Source: Escherichia coli (lineage in GTDB: Bacteria > Pseudomonadota > Gammaproteobacteria > Enterobacterales > Enterobacteriaceae). Taken from it: a DNA stretch of 64,000 nucleotides. Below the pieces are notes generated by a model. It was not told where the DNA came from. It was given only the letters and a program-made list of their open reading frames with translations, and ran no database searches. The translations under genes were made by a program, and so were the position numbers. Shown piece after piece: positions 1-10,721 of the stretch. Location of the stretch: NCBI RefSeq assembly GCF_050920415.1, contig NZ_CP169309.1. One strand, given 5' to 3'. Positions within the stretch are counted from its first letter, which is position 1. Every line of letters starts with the position of its first letter.

Positions 1-1047
<1,047 letters not shown>

Positions 1048-1171
1048 AAAAGTTTGATGCTCAAAGAATTAAACTTCGTAATGAATTACGTGTTCACTCT
1101 TGAGACTTGCTATTCATTTTTCGTCTTGCGACGTTAAGAATCCGTATCTTCGAGTGCCCACACAGATTGTC

Positions 1172-1191
1172 TGATAAATTGTTAAAGAGCA
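1172..1191 (-). promoter_or_regulatory. rrn leader boxA antitermination element
   Basis: Minus-strand TGCTCTTTAACAATTTATCA in the 16S leader, matching the rrn boxA consensus. Confidence 0.8.
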
Positions 1192-1231
1192 GTTGCGACG
1201 CGGCTTTCAGCTCACTGTCGCGAGTTGGCGT

Positions 1232-1259
1232 ATATTACGCTTTCCTCTTTCAGAGTCAA
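1232..1259 (-). promoter_or_regulatory. rrn P2 promoter
   Basis: Minus-strand TTGACT, 16-nt spacer, TAATAT, about 190 nt upstream of the mature 16S 5' end. Confidence 0.8.
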
Positions 1260-1332
1260 CCCTGAATTTCAGGATTTTTCTCTTCAACCGAACCGGCTGT
1301 TTGTGTGAAGTGATTCACATCCGCCGTGTCGA

Positions 1333-1395
1333 TGGAGGCGCATTATAGGGAGTCGTTTCAGGAAGACAAGCGGAAAAATGCATTTTTATTTCAAC
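1333..1395 (-). promoter_or_regulatory. rrn P1 promoter with A/T-rich UP element
   Basis: Minus-strand CTTGTCT-N16-TATAATGCGCC (near-identical to the rrnB P1 core and GC-rich discriminator), preceded by an A/T-rich block (AAATAAAAATGCATTTTTCC). Confidence 0.85.
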
Positions 1396-1412
1396 CGCTC
1401 ATCTTTTAATCA

Positions 1413-1985
1413 TTACGCCGGTTTTTGCTGCTTTTTTATCGCTTGCGGCAGGTCTGCCAGGCTATTTAACACCCAATCCGCCGCGTTTTCTGCTTCAGGC
1501 GTAATAGGTTTTCCCGTACGCACCAGCACTTTTGTTCCCACGTTCGCCGCAGCCGCTGCCTGCATATCTTCTAATTTATCGCCCACCATATAAGAAGCAG
1601 CCATATCAATATGTAAATAATCGCGTGCTGACAAAAGCATCCCCGGATGTGGTTTGCGGCAATCGCAGACCTGACGAAACTCTTCAACACTACCCTGCGG
1701 ATGATGCGGGCAATAATAGATGCCATCCAGATCGACATCGCGGTCCGCCAGCGACCAGTCCATCCACTCGGTCAGCGTTTCAAACTGTGCTTCAGTAAAT
1801 TTACCGCGAGCAATGCCAGACTGGTTGGTTACTACCACCAGCGCAAAGCCCATTTTTTTTAGCTCGCGCATGGCGTCAATAACACCGTCGATAAATTCAA
1901 AGTTGTCGATCTCATGGACATAGCCGTGATCGACATTAATGGTGCCATCACGGTCAAGAAAAATTGCGGGTACGCTCTTCGCCAC
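1413..1985 (-). CDS. gmhB: D-glycero-beta-D-manno-heptose-1,7-bisphosphate 7-phosphatase (HAD family)
   Basis: 190-aa [20 protein letters not shown]... with HAD motif DxDGT. GTG start. Lies immediately upstream of the rrn promoters. Confidence 0.95.
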   Translation of the reverse strand: MAKSVPAIFLDRDGTINVDHGYVHEIDNFEFIDGVIDAMRELKKMGFALVVVTNQSGIARGKFTEAQFETLTEWMDWSLADRDVDLDGIYYCPHHPQGSVEEFRQVCDCRKPHPGMLLSARDYLHIDMAASYMVGDKLEDMQAAAAANVGTKVLVRTGKPITPEAENAADWVLNSLADLPQAIKKQQKPA

Positions 1986-2074
1986 CTTTTATAGCTCCTT
2001 AATAAGGCATGTGACGCTAGTATCGCATGTTTCGACCTGCAAGAAAGTGCTCTTCGCATAAACCTGATTGATTT

Positions 2075-2106
2075 AGACGTCTGGATGCCTTAACATCCAT
2101 TTCATT
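2075..2106. promoter_or_regulatory. Tandem met boxes (MetJ operator) in the metN promoter region
   Basis: Four contiguous 8-bp units AGACGTCT GGATGCCT TAACATCC ATTTCATT, the first a perfect met-box consensus, about 70-100 nt upstream of metN. Confidence 0.7.
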
Positions 2107-2172
2107 GACGGCTTTGACCGTTTCAGGCATTCGAAATGCCACGACTAACTTAATGACGATAATAAATAATCA

Positions 2173-3204
2173 ATGATAAAACTTTCGAATATCACCAAAG
2201 TGTTCCACCAGGGCACCCGCACCATCCAGGCGTTGAACAACGTCAGCCTGCATGTGCCAGCTGGACAAATTTATGGCGTTATCGGTGCCTCAGGCGCGGG
2301 TAAAAGTACGCTTATCCGTTGTGTAAACCTGCTGGAGCGCCCAACCGAGGGTAGCGTGCTGGTCGATGGTCAGGAACTGACCACGCTGTCAGAATCCGAG
2401 TTGACCAAAGCTCGCCGCCAGATTGGTATGATTTTCCAGCATTTTAACCTGCTCTCTTCGCGCACTGTTTTTGGCAACGTGGCACTGCCGCTGGAGCTGG
2501 ACAACACGCCGAAAGACGAGATTAAACGTCGCGTGACAGAATTACTGTCATTGGTTGGTCTTGGCGATAAGCATGATAGTTACCCGTCTAACCTTTCCGG
2601 TGGGCAGAAACAACGTGTGGCGATTGCCCGTGCGTTAGCCAGCAATCCCAAAGTATTGCTGTGTGATGAGGCCACCAGCGCGCTGGACCCGGCAACAACA
2701 CGTTCTATTCTCGAACTGCTGAAAGACATCAATCGTCGTCTGGGTTTGACGATTCTGTTGATCACCCACGAAATGGACGTTGTGAAGCGCATTTGTGATT
2801 GCGTGGCGGTGATCAGTAATGGCGAGTTGATCGAGCAGGACACGGTAAGTGAAGTGTTCTCGCATCCGAAAACGCCGCTAGCGCAGAAGTTTATTCAGTC
2901 GACCCTGCATCTGGATATCCCGGAAGACTATCAGGAACGACTGCAAGCGGAACCATTCGCTGACTGCGTGCCGATGCTGCGTCTGGAGTTTACCGGTCAA
3001 TCGGTCGATGCCCCGCTTCTTTCTGAAACCGCGCGTCGTTTCAACGTCAATAACAACATTATTAGCGCGCAGATGGATTACGCCGGTGGCGTTAAGTTCG
3101 GCATCATGCTGACTGAAATGCACGGCACACAACAAGATACGCAAGCCGCCATTGCCTGGCTGCAGGAACACCATGTAAAAGTAGAGGTACTGGGTTATGT
3201 CTGA
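2173..3204 (+). CDS. metN: Methionine ABC transporter, ATP-binding subunit
   Basis: 343-aa ORF with Walker [10 protein letters not shown] and ABC signature LSGGQKQRV. Overlaps metI by 8 nt. Confidence 0.97.
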   Translation: MIKLSNITKVFHQGTRTIQALNNVSLHVPAGQIYGVIGASGAGKSTLIRCVNLLERPTEGSVLVDGQELTTLSESELTKARRQIGMIFQHFNLLSSRTVFGNVALPLELDNTPKDEIKRRVTELLSLVGLGDKHDSYPSNLSGGQKQRVAIARALASNPKVLLCDEATSALDPATTRSILELLKDINRRLGLTILLITHEMDVVKRICDCVAVISNGELIEQDTVSEVFSHPKTPLAQKFIQSTLHLDIPEDYQERLQAEPFADCVPMLRLEFTGQSVDAPLLSETARRFNVNNNIISAQMDYAGGVKFGIMLTEMHGTQQDTQAAIAWLQEHHVKVEVLGYV

Positions 3205-3850
3205 GCCGATGATGTGGCTGCTGGTTCGTGGCGTATGGGAAACGCTGGCAATGACCTTCGTATCCGGTTTTTTTGGTTTTGTGATTGGTCTGCCGGTTGG
3301 CGTCCTGCTTTATGTCACGCGTCCGGGGCAAATTATTGCTAACGCGAAGCTGTATCGTACCGTTTCTGCGATTGTGAACATTTTCCGATCCATCCCGTTC
3401 ATTATCTTGCTGGTATGGATGATTCCGTTTACTCGCGTTATTGTCGGTACATCGATTGGTTTGCAGGCAGCGATTGTTCCGCTGACAGTTGGTGCAGCAC
3501 CGTTTATTGCCCGTATGGTCGAGAACGCTCTGCTGGAGATCCCAACCGGGTTAATTGAAGCTTCCCGCGCAATGGGTGCTACGCCGATGCAGATCGTGCG
3601 CAAAGTGCTGTTACCGGAGGCGTTGCCAGGTCTGGTGAATGCAGCAACTATCACCCTGATTACTCTGGTCGGTTATTCCGCAATGGGTGGCGCAGTCGGT
3701 GCCGGTGGTTTAGGTCAGATTGGCTATCAGTATGGCTACATCGGCTACAACGCGACGGTGATGAATACGGTACTGGTATTGCTGGTCATTCTGGTTTATT
3801 TAATTCAGTTCGCAGGCGACCGCATCGTCCGGGCTGTCACTCGCAAGTAA
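3197..3850 (+). CDS. metI: Methionine ABC transporter permease
   Basis: 217-aa hydrophobic ORF in the metNIQ arrangement. Confidence 0.96.
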   Translation: MSEPMMWLLVRGVWETLAMTFVSGFFGFVIGLPVGVLLYVTRPGQIIANAKLYRTVSAIVNIFRSIPFIILLVWMIPFTRVIVGTSIGLQAAIVPLTVGAAPFIARMVENALLEIPTGLIEASRAMGATPMQIVRKVLLPEALPGLVNAATITLITLVGYSAMGGAVGAGGLGQIGYQYGYIGYNATVMNTVLVLLVILVYLIQFAGDRIVRAVTRK

Positions 3851-3889
3851 CGTTCAACACAACATAAATAATTGAAGAAGGAATAAGGT

Positions 3890-4705
3890 ATGGCGTTCAA
3901 ATTCAAAACCTTTGCGGCAGTGGGAGCCCTGATTGGATCACTGGCACTGGTAGGCTGCGGTCAGGATGAAAAAGATCCAAACCACATTAAAGTCGGCGTG
4001 ATTGTTGGTGCCGAACAGCAGGTTGCAGAAGTCGCGCAGAAAGTCGCGAAAGACAAATATGGCCTGGACGTTGAGCTGGTAACCTTCAACGACTATGTTC
4101 TGCCAAACGAAGCATTGAGCAAAGGCGATATCGACGCCAACGCCTTCCAGCATAAACCGTACCTTGATCAGCAACTGAAAGATCGTGGCTACAAACTGGT
4201 CGCAGTAGGCAACACTTTTGTTTATCCGATTGCTGGTTACTCCAAGAAAATCAAATCACTGGATGAACTGCAGGATGGTTCGCAGGTTGCCGTGCCAAAC
4301 GACCCAACTAACCTTGGTCGTTCACTGCTGCTGCTGCAAAAAGTGGGCTTGATCAAACTGAAAGATGGCGTTGGCCTGTTGCCAACAGTTCTTGATGTTG
4401 TTGAGAACCCAAAAAACCTGAAAATTGTTGAGCTGGAAGCACCGCAGCTGCCGCGCTCTCTGGACGATGCGCAAATCGCTCTGGCGGTTATCAACACCAC
4501 CTATGCCAGCCAGATTGGCCTGACTCCGGCGAAAGACGGTATCTTTGTCGAAGATAAAGAGTCTCCGTACGTAAACCTGATCGTGACGCGTGAAGATAAT
4601 AAAGACGCAGAGAACGTGAAGAAATTCGTCCAGGCTTATCAGTCTGACGAAGTTTACGAAGCAGCGAACAAAGTGTTTAACGGTGGCGCTGTTAAAGGCT
4701 GGTAA
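3890..4705 (+). CDS. metQ: Methionine-binding lipoprotein (ABC substrate-binding protein)
   Basis: 271-aa ORF with lipoprotein signal ...LALVGC. NlpA-family binding protein. Confidence 0.96.
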   Translation: MAFKFKTFAAVGALIGSLALVGCGQDEKDPNHIKVGVIVGAEQQVAEVAQKVAKDKYGLDVELVTFNDYVLPNEALSKGDIDANAFQHKPYLDQQLKDRGYKLVAVGNTFVYPIAGYSKKIKSLDELQDGSQVAVPNDPTNLGRSLLLLQKVGLIKLKDGVGLLPTVLDVVENPKNLKIVELEAPQLPRSLDDAQIALAVINTTYASQIGLTPAKDGIFVEDKESPYVNLIVTREDNKDAENVKKFVQAYQSDEVYEAANKVFNGGAVKGW

Positions 4706-4742
4706 TTTTTAGGCTGTTTCCACAATTTGTAATATCATTCAG

Positions 4743-4771
4743 GACGGGCGCTTGCCCGTCTTGTCATTTTT
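4743..4771 (+). terminator. Rho-independent terminator downstream of metQ
   Basis: GACGGGC-GCTT-GCCCGTC hairpin followed by TTGTCATTTTT. Confidence 0.8.
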
Positions 4772-4822
4772 ACAAGCTCCTGATTCAATATTGACGTTTT
4801 GATCATACATTGAGGAAATACT

Positions 4823-5227
4823 ATGCGTGCTTTACCGATCTGTTTAGTAGCACTCATGCTAAGCGGCTGTTCCATGTTAAGCAGATCCCCTGTCGAACCC
4901 GTTCAAAGCACTGCACCCCAGCCGAAAGCGGAGCCTGCAAAACCGAAAGCACCGCGCGCCGCGCCGGTCCGAATTTATACCAATGCAGAAGAATTAGTCG
5001 GCAAACCATTCCGCGATCTCGGTGAAGTCAGTGGCGATTCTTGCCAGGCCTCTAATCAGGACTCTCCGCCGAGCATTCCAACCGCGCGTAAGCGGATGCA
5101 AATCAATGCCTCTAAAATGAAAGCCAATGCGGTATTACTGCATAGCTGCGAAGTTACCAGCGGTACGCCAGGCTGCTATCGTCAGGCTGTATGTATCGGT
5201 TCTGCGCTTAACATTACGGCGAAATGA
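4823..5227 (+). CDS. rcsF: Outer-membrane lipoprotein RcsF (Rcs phosphorelay sensor)
   Basis: 134-aa ORF with lipobox ...MLSGC and a Pro/Ala/Lys-rich linker. Overlaps the next gene by 4 nt (ATGA). Confidence 0.95.
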   Translation: MRALPICLVALMLSGCSMLSRSPVEPVQSTAPQPKAEPAKPKAPRAAPVRIYTNAEELVGKPFRDLGEVSGDSCQASNQDSPPSIPTARKRMQINASKMKANAVLLHSCEVTSGTPGCYRQAVCIGSALNITAK

Positions 5228-5931
5228 GCAGTTTCCAGTTCGAGCAAATAGGCGTTATTCGCTCGCCCTATAAAGAAAAATTCGCCGTTCCGCGCCAGCC
5301 AGGTCTGGTAAAAAGCGCCAACGGTGAACTGCATCTCATTGCTCCCTACAACCAGGCCGACGCCGTACGCGGCCTGGAGGCGTTCAGCCATTTATGGATA
5401 CTTTTCGTCTTTCATCAAACGATGGAAGGCGGCTGGCGCCCAACTGTGCGTCCGCCTCGTCTTGGTGGTAATGCCAGAATGGGCGTTTTCGCCACACGCT
5501 CTACTTTCCGTCCTAATCCGATTGGTATGTCGCTGGTAGAGCTGAAAGAGGTTGTTTGCCATAAAGACAGCGTGATTCTGAAGCTTGGCAGTCTGGATCT
5601 GGTCGATGGGACGCCAGTGGTGGATATCAAACCGTATCTCCCCTTTGCCGAATCGCTTCCCGATGCCAGCGCCAGCTATGCGCAAAGTGCACCAGCGGCA
5701 GAGATGGCGGTGAGTTTTACCTTAGAGGTCGAAAAGCAGCTTTTGACACTGGAGAAGCGATATCCGCAGTTAACGCTGTTTATCCGCGAAGTACTGGCGC
5801 AGGACCCGCGTCCAGCCTATCGTAAAGGTGAGGATACGGGCAAAACCTATGCCGTCTGGCTGCATAATTTTAACGTTCGCTGGCGCGTCACCGACGCTGG
5901 TTTTGAAGTCTTTGCGCTGGAACCGCGTTAA
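5224..5931 (+). CDS. trmO: tRNA (adenine37-N6)-methyltransferase TrmO (YaeB/TsaA family)
   Basis: 235-aa ORF MSSFQFEQIGVIRSPYKEKFAVPRQPG..., YaeB family. Confidence 0.93.
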   Translation: MSSFQFEQIGVIRSPYKEKFAVPRQPGLVKSANGELHLIAPYNQADAVRGLEAFSHLWILFVFHQTMEGGWRPTVRPPRLGGNARMGVFATRSTFRPNPIGMSLVELKEVVCHKDSVILKLGSLDLVDGTPVVDIKPYLPFAESLPDASASYAQSAPAAEMAVSFTLEVEKQLLTLEKRYPQLTLFIREVLAQDPRPAYRKGEDTGKTYAVWLHNFNVRWRVTDAGFEVFALEPR

Positions 5932-6041
5932 ATTCGCGCCCTTCTCTTTTGACATTTCTTTTGCACTGGTAAACTAAATCACTTTTTTTGTCCCAGGCTC
6001 GCCTTGAGCCTGCTCTACCTTCCAACTGGAACCGTAACAAC

Positions 6042-7760
6042 ATGCGTACTAGCCAATACCTGCTCTCCACTCTTAAGGAGACACCTGCCGACGCCGAGGT
6101 GATCAGCCATCAGCTGATGTTGCGCGCCGGGATGATCCGCAAGCTGGCCTCCGGGTTATACACCTGGCTGCCGACCGGCGTGCGCGTTCTGAAAAAAGTC
6201 GAAAACATCGTGCGTGAAGAGATGAACAACGCCGGTGCGATCGAGGTGTTAATGCCGGTGGTTCAGCCATCTGAACTGTGGCAAGAGAGTGGTCGTTGGG
6301 AACAGTATGGCCCGGAATTGCTGCGTATTGCTGACCGTGGTGACCGTCCGTTCGTACTTGGCCCAACTCATGAAGAAGTGATTACCGACCTGATTCGTAA
6401 CGAGCTGAGCTCTTACAAACAGCTGCCGCTGAACTTCTATCAGATCCAGACCAAGTTCCGTGATGAAGTGCGCCCGCGTTTCGGCGTCATGCGTTCCCGC
6501 GAATTCCTGATGAAAGATGCTTACTCTTTCCATACCTCTCAGGAATCCCTGCAGGAAACCTACGATGCAATGTATGCGGCCTACAGCAAAATCTTCAGCC
6601 GCATGGGGCTGGATTTCCGCGCCGTACAGGCCGATACCGGTTCTATCGGCGGCAGCGCCTCTCACGAATTCCAGGTGCTGGCGCAGAGCGGTGAAGACGA
6701 TGTGGTCTTCTCCGACACCTCTGACTATGCAGCGAACATTGAGCTGGCAGAAGCTATCGCGCCGAAAGAACCGCGCGCTGCTGCTACCCAGGAAATGACG
6801 CTGGTTGATACGCCGAACGCGAAAACCATCGCTGAACTGGTAGAACAATTCAATCTGCCGATTGAAAAAACGGTTAAGACTCTGCTGGTTAAAGCCGTTG
6901 AAGGCAGTAGCTTCCCGCTGGTTGCGCTGCTGGTTCGCGGTGACCACGAGCTGAACGAAGTTAAAGCTGAGAAACTGCCGCAGGTTGCAAGCCCGCTGAC
7001 TTTCGCGACTGAAGAAGAAATTCGTGCCGTGGTTAAAGCCGGTCCGGGTTCACTGGGTCCGGTAAACATGCCGATTCCGGTAGTAATTGACCGTACTGTT
7101 GCGGCGATGAGTGATTTTGCTGCTGGTGCTAACATCGATGGCAAACACTACTTCGGTATCAACTGGGATCGCGATGTCGCAACCCCGGTAGTTGCGGATA
7201 TCCGTAACGTAGTGGCTGGCGATCCAAGCCCGGATGGACAGGGTACGCTGCTGATCAAACGTGGTATCGAAGTCGGTCACATCTTCCAGCTGGGTACTAA
7301 GTACTCCGAAGCACTTAAAGCCTCCGTTCAGGGTGAAGATGGCCGTAATCAGATCCTGACTATGGGTTGCTACGGTATCGGCGTAACGCGCGTAGTAGCT
7401 GCGGCAATTGAGCAGAACTACGACGAACGCGGCATCGTATGGCCTGACGCTATCGCACCTTTCCAGGTGGCGATTCTGCCGATGAACATGCACAAATCCT
7501 TCCGCGTACAGGAGCTGGCTGAGAAACTGTATAGCGAACTGCGCGCACAGGGTATCGAAGTGCTGCTGGATGACCGCAAAGAACGTCCGGGCGTGATGTT
7601 TGCTGATATGGAACTGATCGGTATTCCGCACACTATCGTGTTGGGCGACCGTAACCTCGACAACGACGATATCGAATACAAATACCGTCGTAACGGTGAG
7701 AAACAGTTAATTAAGACCGGTGACATCGTCGATTATCTGGTGAAACAGATTAAAGGCTGA
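6042..7760 (+). CDS. proS: Prolyl-tRNA synthetase
   Basis: Protein [20 protein letters not shown]... The track ORF begins 18 codons upstream at a TTG; the ATG at 6042 matches the known N-terminus. Confidence 0.96.
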   Translation: MRTSQYLLSTLKETPADAEVISHQLMLRAGMIRKLASGLYTWLPTGVRVLKKVENIVREEMNNAGAIEVLMPVVQPSELWQESGRWEQYGPELLRIADRGDRPFVLGPTHEEVITDLIRNELSSYKQLPLNFYQIQTKFRDEVRPRFGVMRSREFLMKDAYSFHTSQESLQETYDAMYAAYSKIFSRMGLDFRAVQADTGSIGGSASHEFQVLAQSGEDDVVFSDTSDYAANIELAEAIAPKEPRAAATQEMTLVDTPNAKTIAELVEQFNLPIEKTVKTLLVKAVEGSSFPLVALLVRGDHELNEVKAEKLPQVASPLTFATEEEIRAVVKAGPGSLGPVNMPIPVVIDRTVAAMSDFAAGANIDGKHYFGINWDRDVATPVVADIRNVVAGDPSPDGQGTLLIKRGIEVGHIFQLGTKYSEALKASVQGEDGRNQILTMGCYGIGVTRVVAAAIEQNYDERGIVWPDAIAPFQVAILPMNMHKSFRVQELAEKLYSELRAQGIEVLLDDRKERPGVMFADMELIGIPHTIVLGDRNLDNDDIEYKYRRNGEKQLIKTGDIVDYLVKQIKG

Positions 7761-7767
7761 TGCCAGA

Positions 7768-7797
7768 AAGGGTCCTGAATTTCAGGACCCTTTTTTA
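7768..7797 (+). terminator. Rho-independent terminator downstream of proS
   Basis: GGGTCCTGAA-TTT-CAGGACCC hairpin followed by TTTTTT. Confidence 0.85.
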
Positions 7798-7812
7798 CAT
7801 GGATTGTATAAA

Positions 7813-8637
7813 ATGGATAAACCAAAGGCGCACTGGTGCCTGCTTCTCCCCTGCTTTCTTTCACTTTCGGCCTGTACCGTTGACATCAGCCAGCCAGACT
7901 CATCAGCCACAGCGGTAGATGCCGCGGCAAAAACATGGGCAGTCAAATTCCAGCATCAAAGCTCTTTCACCGAACAATCAATAAAAGAAATAACAGAACC
8001 TGATCTCAAACCCGGCGATTTACTGTTCTCCTCAAGCCTTGGGGTAACCTCATTTGGTATCCGCGTCTTCAGCACTTCCTCTGTGAGCCACGTTGCAATC
8101 TTTTTGGGAGATAATAACGTTGCAGAAGCGACAGGAGATGGCGTCCAGATTGTTTCCCTTAAAAAAGCGATGAAGCATAGTGATAAGCTTTTCGTCTTAC
8201 GAGTTCCGGATCTTACCCCGCAACAAGCCACAGAAATTACCGCGTTTGCCAATAAAATCAAAGATAGCGGTTATAACTATCGCGGCATTGTCGAATTTAT
8301 TCCATTTATGGTGACTCGCCAGATGTGCTCACTGAATCCGTTCTCCGAGGATTTTCGCCAACAGTGCGTCAGCGGCCTGGCGAAAGCGCAGTTAAGCAGT
8401 GTGAGCGAAGGAGACAAAAAGTCGTGGTTTTGTTCGGAATTTGTCACTGATGCATTTGCCAAAGCCGGACATCCGCTTACGCTGGCACAGTCTGGCTGGA
8501 TTAGCCCTGCCGATCTGATGCATATGCGTACTGGCGATGTCTCTGCGTTTAAGCCAGAAACGCAGTTAGAGTATGTCGGGCACTTGAAGCCAGGGATTTA
8601 TATTAAAGCGAGTCGCTTTGTTGGTCTGACTCGGTGA
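7813..8637 (+). CDS. yaeF: Predicted lipoprotein, permuted papain-fold (YiiX/YaeF family) putative peptidase or amidase
   Basis: 274-aa ORF from the ATG at 7813 (a TTG lies 3 codons upstream). Lipobox LSLSAC. His (SHVAIF) precedes Cys (WFCSEF), consistent with a permuted NlpC/P60 arrangement. Confidence 0.85.
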   Translation: MDKPKAHWCLLLPCFLSLSACTVDISQPDSSATAVDAAAKTWAVKFQHQSSFTEQSIKEITEPDLKPGDLLFSSSLGVTSFGIRVFSTSSVSHVAIFLGDNNVAEATGDGVQIVSLKKAMKHSDKLFVLRVPDLTPQQATEITAFANKIKDSGYNYRGIVEFIPFMVTRQMCSLNPFSEDFRQQCVSGLAKAQLSSVSEGDKKSWFCSEFVTDAFAKAGHPLTLAQSGWISPADLMHMRTGDVSAFKPETQLEYVGHLKPGIYIKASRFVGLTR

Positions 8638-8642
8638 TAAAA

Positions 8643-8660
8643 GCCGGAGAATGCTCCGGC
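8643..8660. terminator. Hairpin between convergent yaeF and nlpE (possible bidirectional terminator)
   Basis: GCCGGAG-AATG-CTCCGGC perfect 7-bp stem in a 29-bp convergent spacer. Flanking T-tracts are weak. Confidence 0.45.
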
Positions 8661-8666
8661 ATTCAA

Positions 8667-9377
8667 TTACTGCCCCAAACTACTGCAATCCTGGTTTGGG
8701 TAAAATTTACCTGCCGTATCGGGCGCTAATACTTTGGTTGGCGCACCGTTATCCGGATTAGTCTCAAGCGTAAAGTGACCTTCTACTGACAGTAACACCG
8801 GTTTTTCACTGTTACCGCGCGCAGCCAGGTAGCTACGCTCCAGCTCTGCATTATTCGCTACCATGAAACGTTTTCCGGTCGCACAATCAGTAAAGGTTGC
8901 CGCATCAGCCATATAAAAATACATGCCGCGTAGAGTCATCGGCGTCACTGGCAGGCTGGATTTTGCCGGTTCCAGTGTATAGTTGAACTGCGATTCGATC
9001 GGATTGCCTTCACGATCGAGCATCTCCAACGCATCTCCTTTCGCCCGATAATATGACTTTTCACCTTTACTGTCGGTTAATACCAGTTTGTCAGCGGTTC
9101 GCGCCCATGTACCGTAGGAGGCGAAAGAGAAAGGTTCTTCACGAGCCCCCAGATAACGCTCATTCATCACCCAGGTTCCATCTTTTTCGAGGAACAGAGA
9201 GGTTTCGATACCTTCGCAATCAGCACACGGCAGCACGCCGCGCCAGCTTTGCGGCATCGGCTTCAGTTCAGCGGCCTGCGCCGGAGAAAGCGTATCGACT
9301 TCGGCTCGATTATTACATCCCATCAGAGTAAAGAGGCTGATTACAGCCATCGCTGTCACTATCGCTTTTTTCACCAT
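8667..9377 (-). CDS. nlpE: Outer-membrane lipoprotein NlpE (Cpx pathway activator)
   Basis: 236-aa ORF MVKKAIVTAMAVISLFTLMGC... with lipobox and a CxxC motif (CADC). Confidence 0.95.
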   Translation of the reverse strand: MVKKAIVTAMAVISLFTLMGCNNRAEVDTLSPAQAAELKPMPQSWRGVLPCADCEGIETSLFLEKDGTWVMNERYLGAREEPFSFASYGTWARTADKLVLTDSKGEKSYYRAKGDALEMLDREGNPIESQFNYTLEPAKSSLPVTPMTLRGMYFYMADAATFTDCATGKRFMVANNAELERSYLAARGNSEKPVLLSVEGHFTLETNPDNGAPTKVLAPDTAGKFYPNQDCSSLGQ

Positions 9378-9390
9378 CCATTCCTTCTTT

Positions 9391-9813
9391 TTATTCCCGA
9401 CCGCCGCGCACTTTGCCGCGCAACGCCTTCACGCTTGATTTTTGTGCTTTCGATACCAGCCTGCGCTCTTTTGATGCGCGGGTAGGTCGTGTCGGTCGTC
9501 GGGCTTTTTGTTCTGTTGTTAATTCTTTAATCACTGCCACCAACCGTGCCAGCGCCGCTTCGCGGTTCAGTTCCTGGCTACGGTATTCCTGTGCCTTGAT
9601 GACTATCACTCCATCGCTGCTAATCAGATGATGGCTGGCAGCGAGCAGGCGCTCTTTGTAATACTCTGGCAGGCTGGACGCTCGAATGTCAAAACGCAGA
9701 TGAATAGCCGTTGAGGTCTTATTAACATGCTGTCCGCCCGCGCCCTGTGCACGAATAGCAGTGATCTCAAACTCGCCATTGGGGATAGCAACATGTCGGG
9801 AAATCACAATCAT
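9391..9813 (-). CDS. arfB: Alternative ribosome-rescue factor / peptidyl-tRNA hydrolase ArfB (YaeJ)
   Basis: 140-aa ORF with GGQ motif (AGGQHVNKT) and a basic C-terminal tail. Overlaps the yaeQ stop by 4 nt. Confidence 0.95.
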   Translation of the reverse strand: MIVISRHVAIPNGEFEITAIRAQGAGGQHVNKTSTAIHLRFDIRASSLPEYYKERLLAASHHLISSDGVIVIKAQEYRSQELNREAALARLVAVIKELTTEQKARRPTRPTRASKERRLVSKAQKSSVKALRGKVRGGRE

Positions 9814-10355
9814 GAAGGTTGTTGCCAGACGGTTAAGTTCACTTCCAGATTATTCTTGTCATCCGATAACCAGATCACGCCATCCTGAATCGTTGCCTGC
9901 AGCGTCATGGTACGATCGGCAAAGGCGCTCACTTTTGCCAGTTGCTCGTCGTCCAGATACCAGACGGAAAGATTGGCAAACTGCGCACATTTACTCTGAT
10001 TTTGCTGCCACCAGATTTGCGCCGCCCGACTATTATAGGCAAACAGCGCCACTTCTGCGGCCTGGGTGCAGGCTTTCTTAATCCGCCGCTCATCCGGCAA
10101 TCCCAGTTCAATCCACAAATCAATGCCCAGATGATCATTACGCAGCCACGCTTCCGGCTCATCATCGGCACACAAACCTCGGGTAAATTGCAGACGTTCA
10201 TCAGCATATTTCAGCCACGCCAGCAGGCGCAGCATCATGCGCTCCTGGGTTTCTGAAGGATGGCGCGCCAGCGTCAGAGAGGCATCGAGAAACTGGTTGC
10301 GGTCGAGATCGGCCACATTAACCGTCGCTTTATAAATTGTCGCTTTAAGCGCCAT
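9810..10355 (-). CDS. yaeQ: YaeQ family protein (PD-(D/E)XK-like fold, function unknown)
   Basis: 181-aa [24 protein letters not shown]..., conserved enterobacterial YaeQ. Confidence 0.9.
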   Translation of the reverse strand: MALKATIYKATVNVADLDRNQFLDASLTLARHPSETQERMMLRLLAWLKYADERLQFTRGLCADDEPEAWLRNDHLGIDLWIELGLPDERRIKKACTQAAEVALFAYNSRAAQIWWQQNQSKCAQFANLSVWYLDDEQLAKVSAFADRTMTLQATIQDGVIWLSDDKNNLEVNLTVWQQPS

Positions 10356-10520
10356 AAGAAAACTCCTTTCGAATCAGGAGGCCATTGTAACGGAATACGT
10401 GCAGTTGCGACGCTGATATTGCAGAAATGAGTGTGGTATAGTCACCTTGCGAAACAGAGTTTATCTTCGTAGGCTTAGACTTGCATCCACGGTTAAGTCA
10501 GAGTGCTGACAGGAGGGCAT

Positions 10521-10721
10521 GTGGAAAAATATTGTGAGTTAATACGCAAGCGGTACGCGGAAATCGCCAGCGGAGACTTAGGATACGTTCCGGACGCGCT
10601 GGGCTGCGTTTTGAAAGTGCTGAATGAAATGGCTGCCGACGATGCCCTTTCTGAGGCTGTCAGGGAAAAAGCAGCATACGCTGCGGCAAACTTACTGGTG
10701 AGCGATTATGTCAATGAATGA
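10521..10721 (+). CDS. yaeP: Small conserved protein YaeP (UPF0253)
   Basis: 66-aa protein from a GTG start ([12 protein letters not shown]...). The track ORF begins 6 codons upstream at an ATG. 3' end overlaps rof. Confidence 0.8.

Noticed and set aside
4810-5025. 71-aa ORF overlapping rcsF in another frame
   Set aside because: Out-of-frame overlap with a well-supported lipoprotein gene, with no RBS or signal.
5988-6041. Track N-terminal extension of proS, and similar extensions on rpsB, fabZ, rseP, cdaR, btuF, yadS, erpA, fhuC, fhuD, mrcB, hrpB, thpR, yaeR, yaeF, yaeI
   Set aside because: The track begins at the first ATG/GTG/TTG after a stop. The downstream start reproduces the known protein N-terminus and length in each case, so the extensions are not called.
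6249-6947. 232-aa minus-strand ORF antisense to proS
   Set aside because: Shadow ORF within proS, with Arg/Phe/Gln-rich non-protein-like composition.
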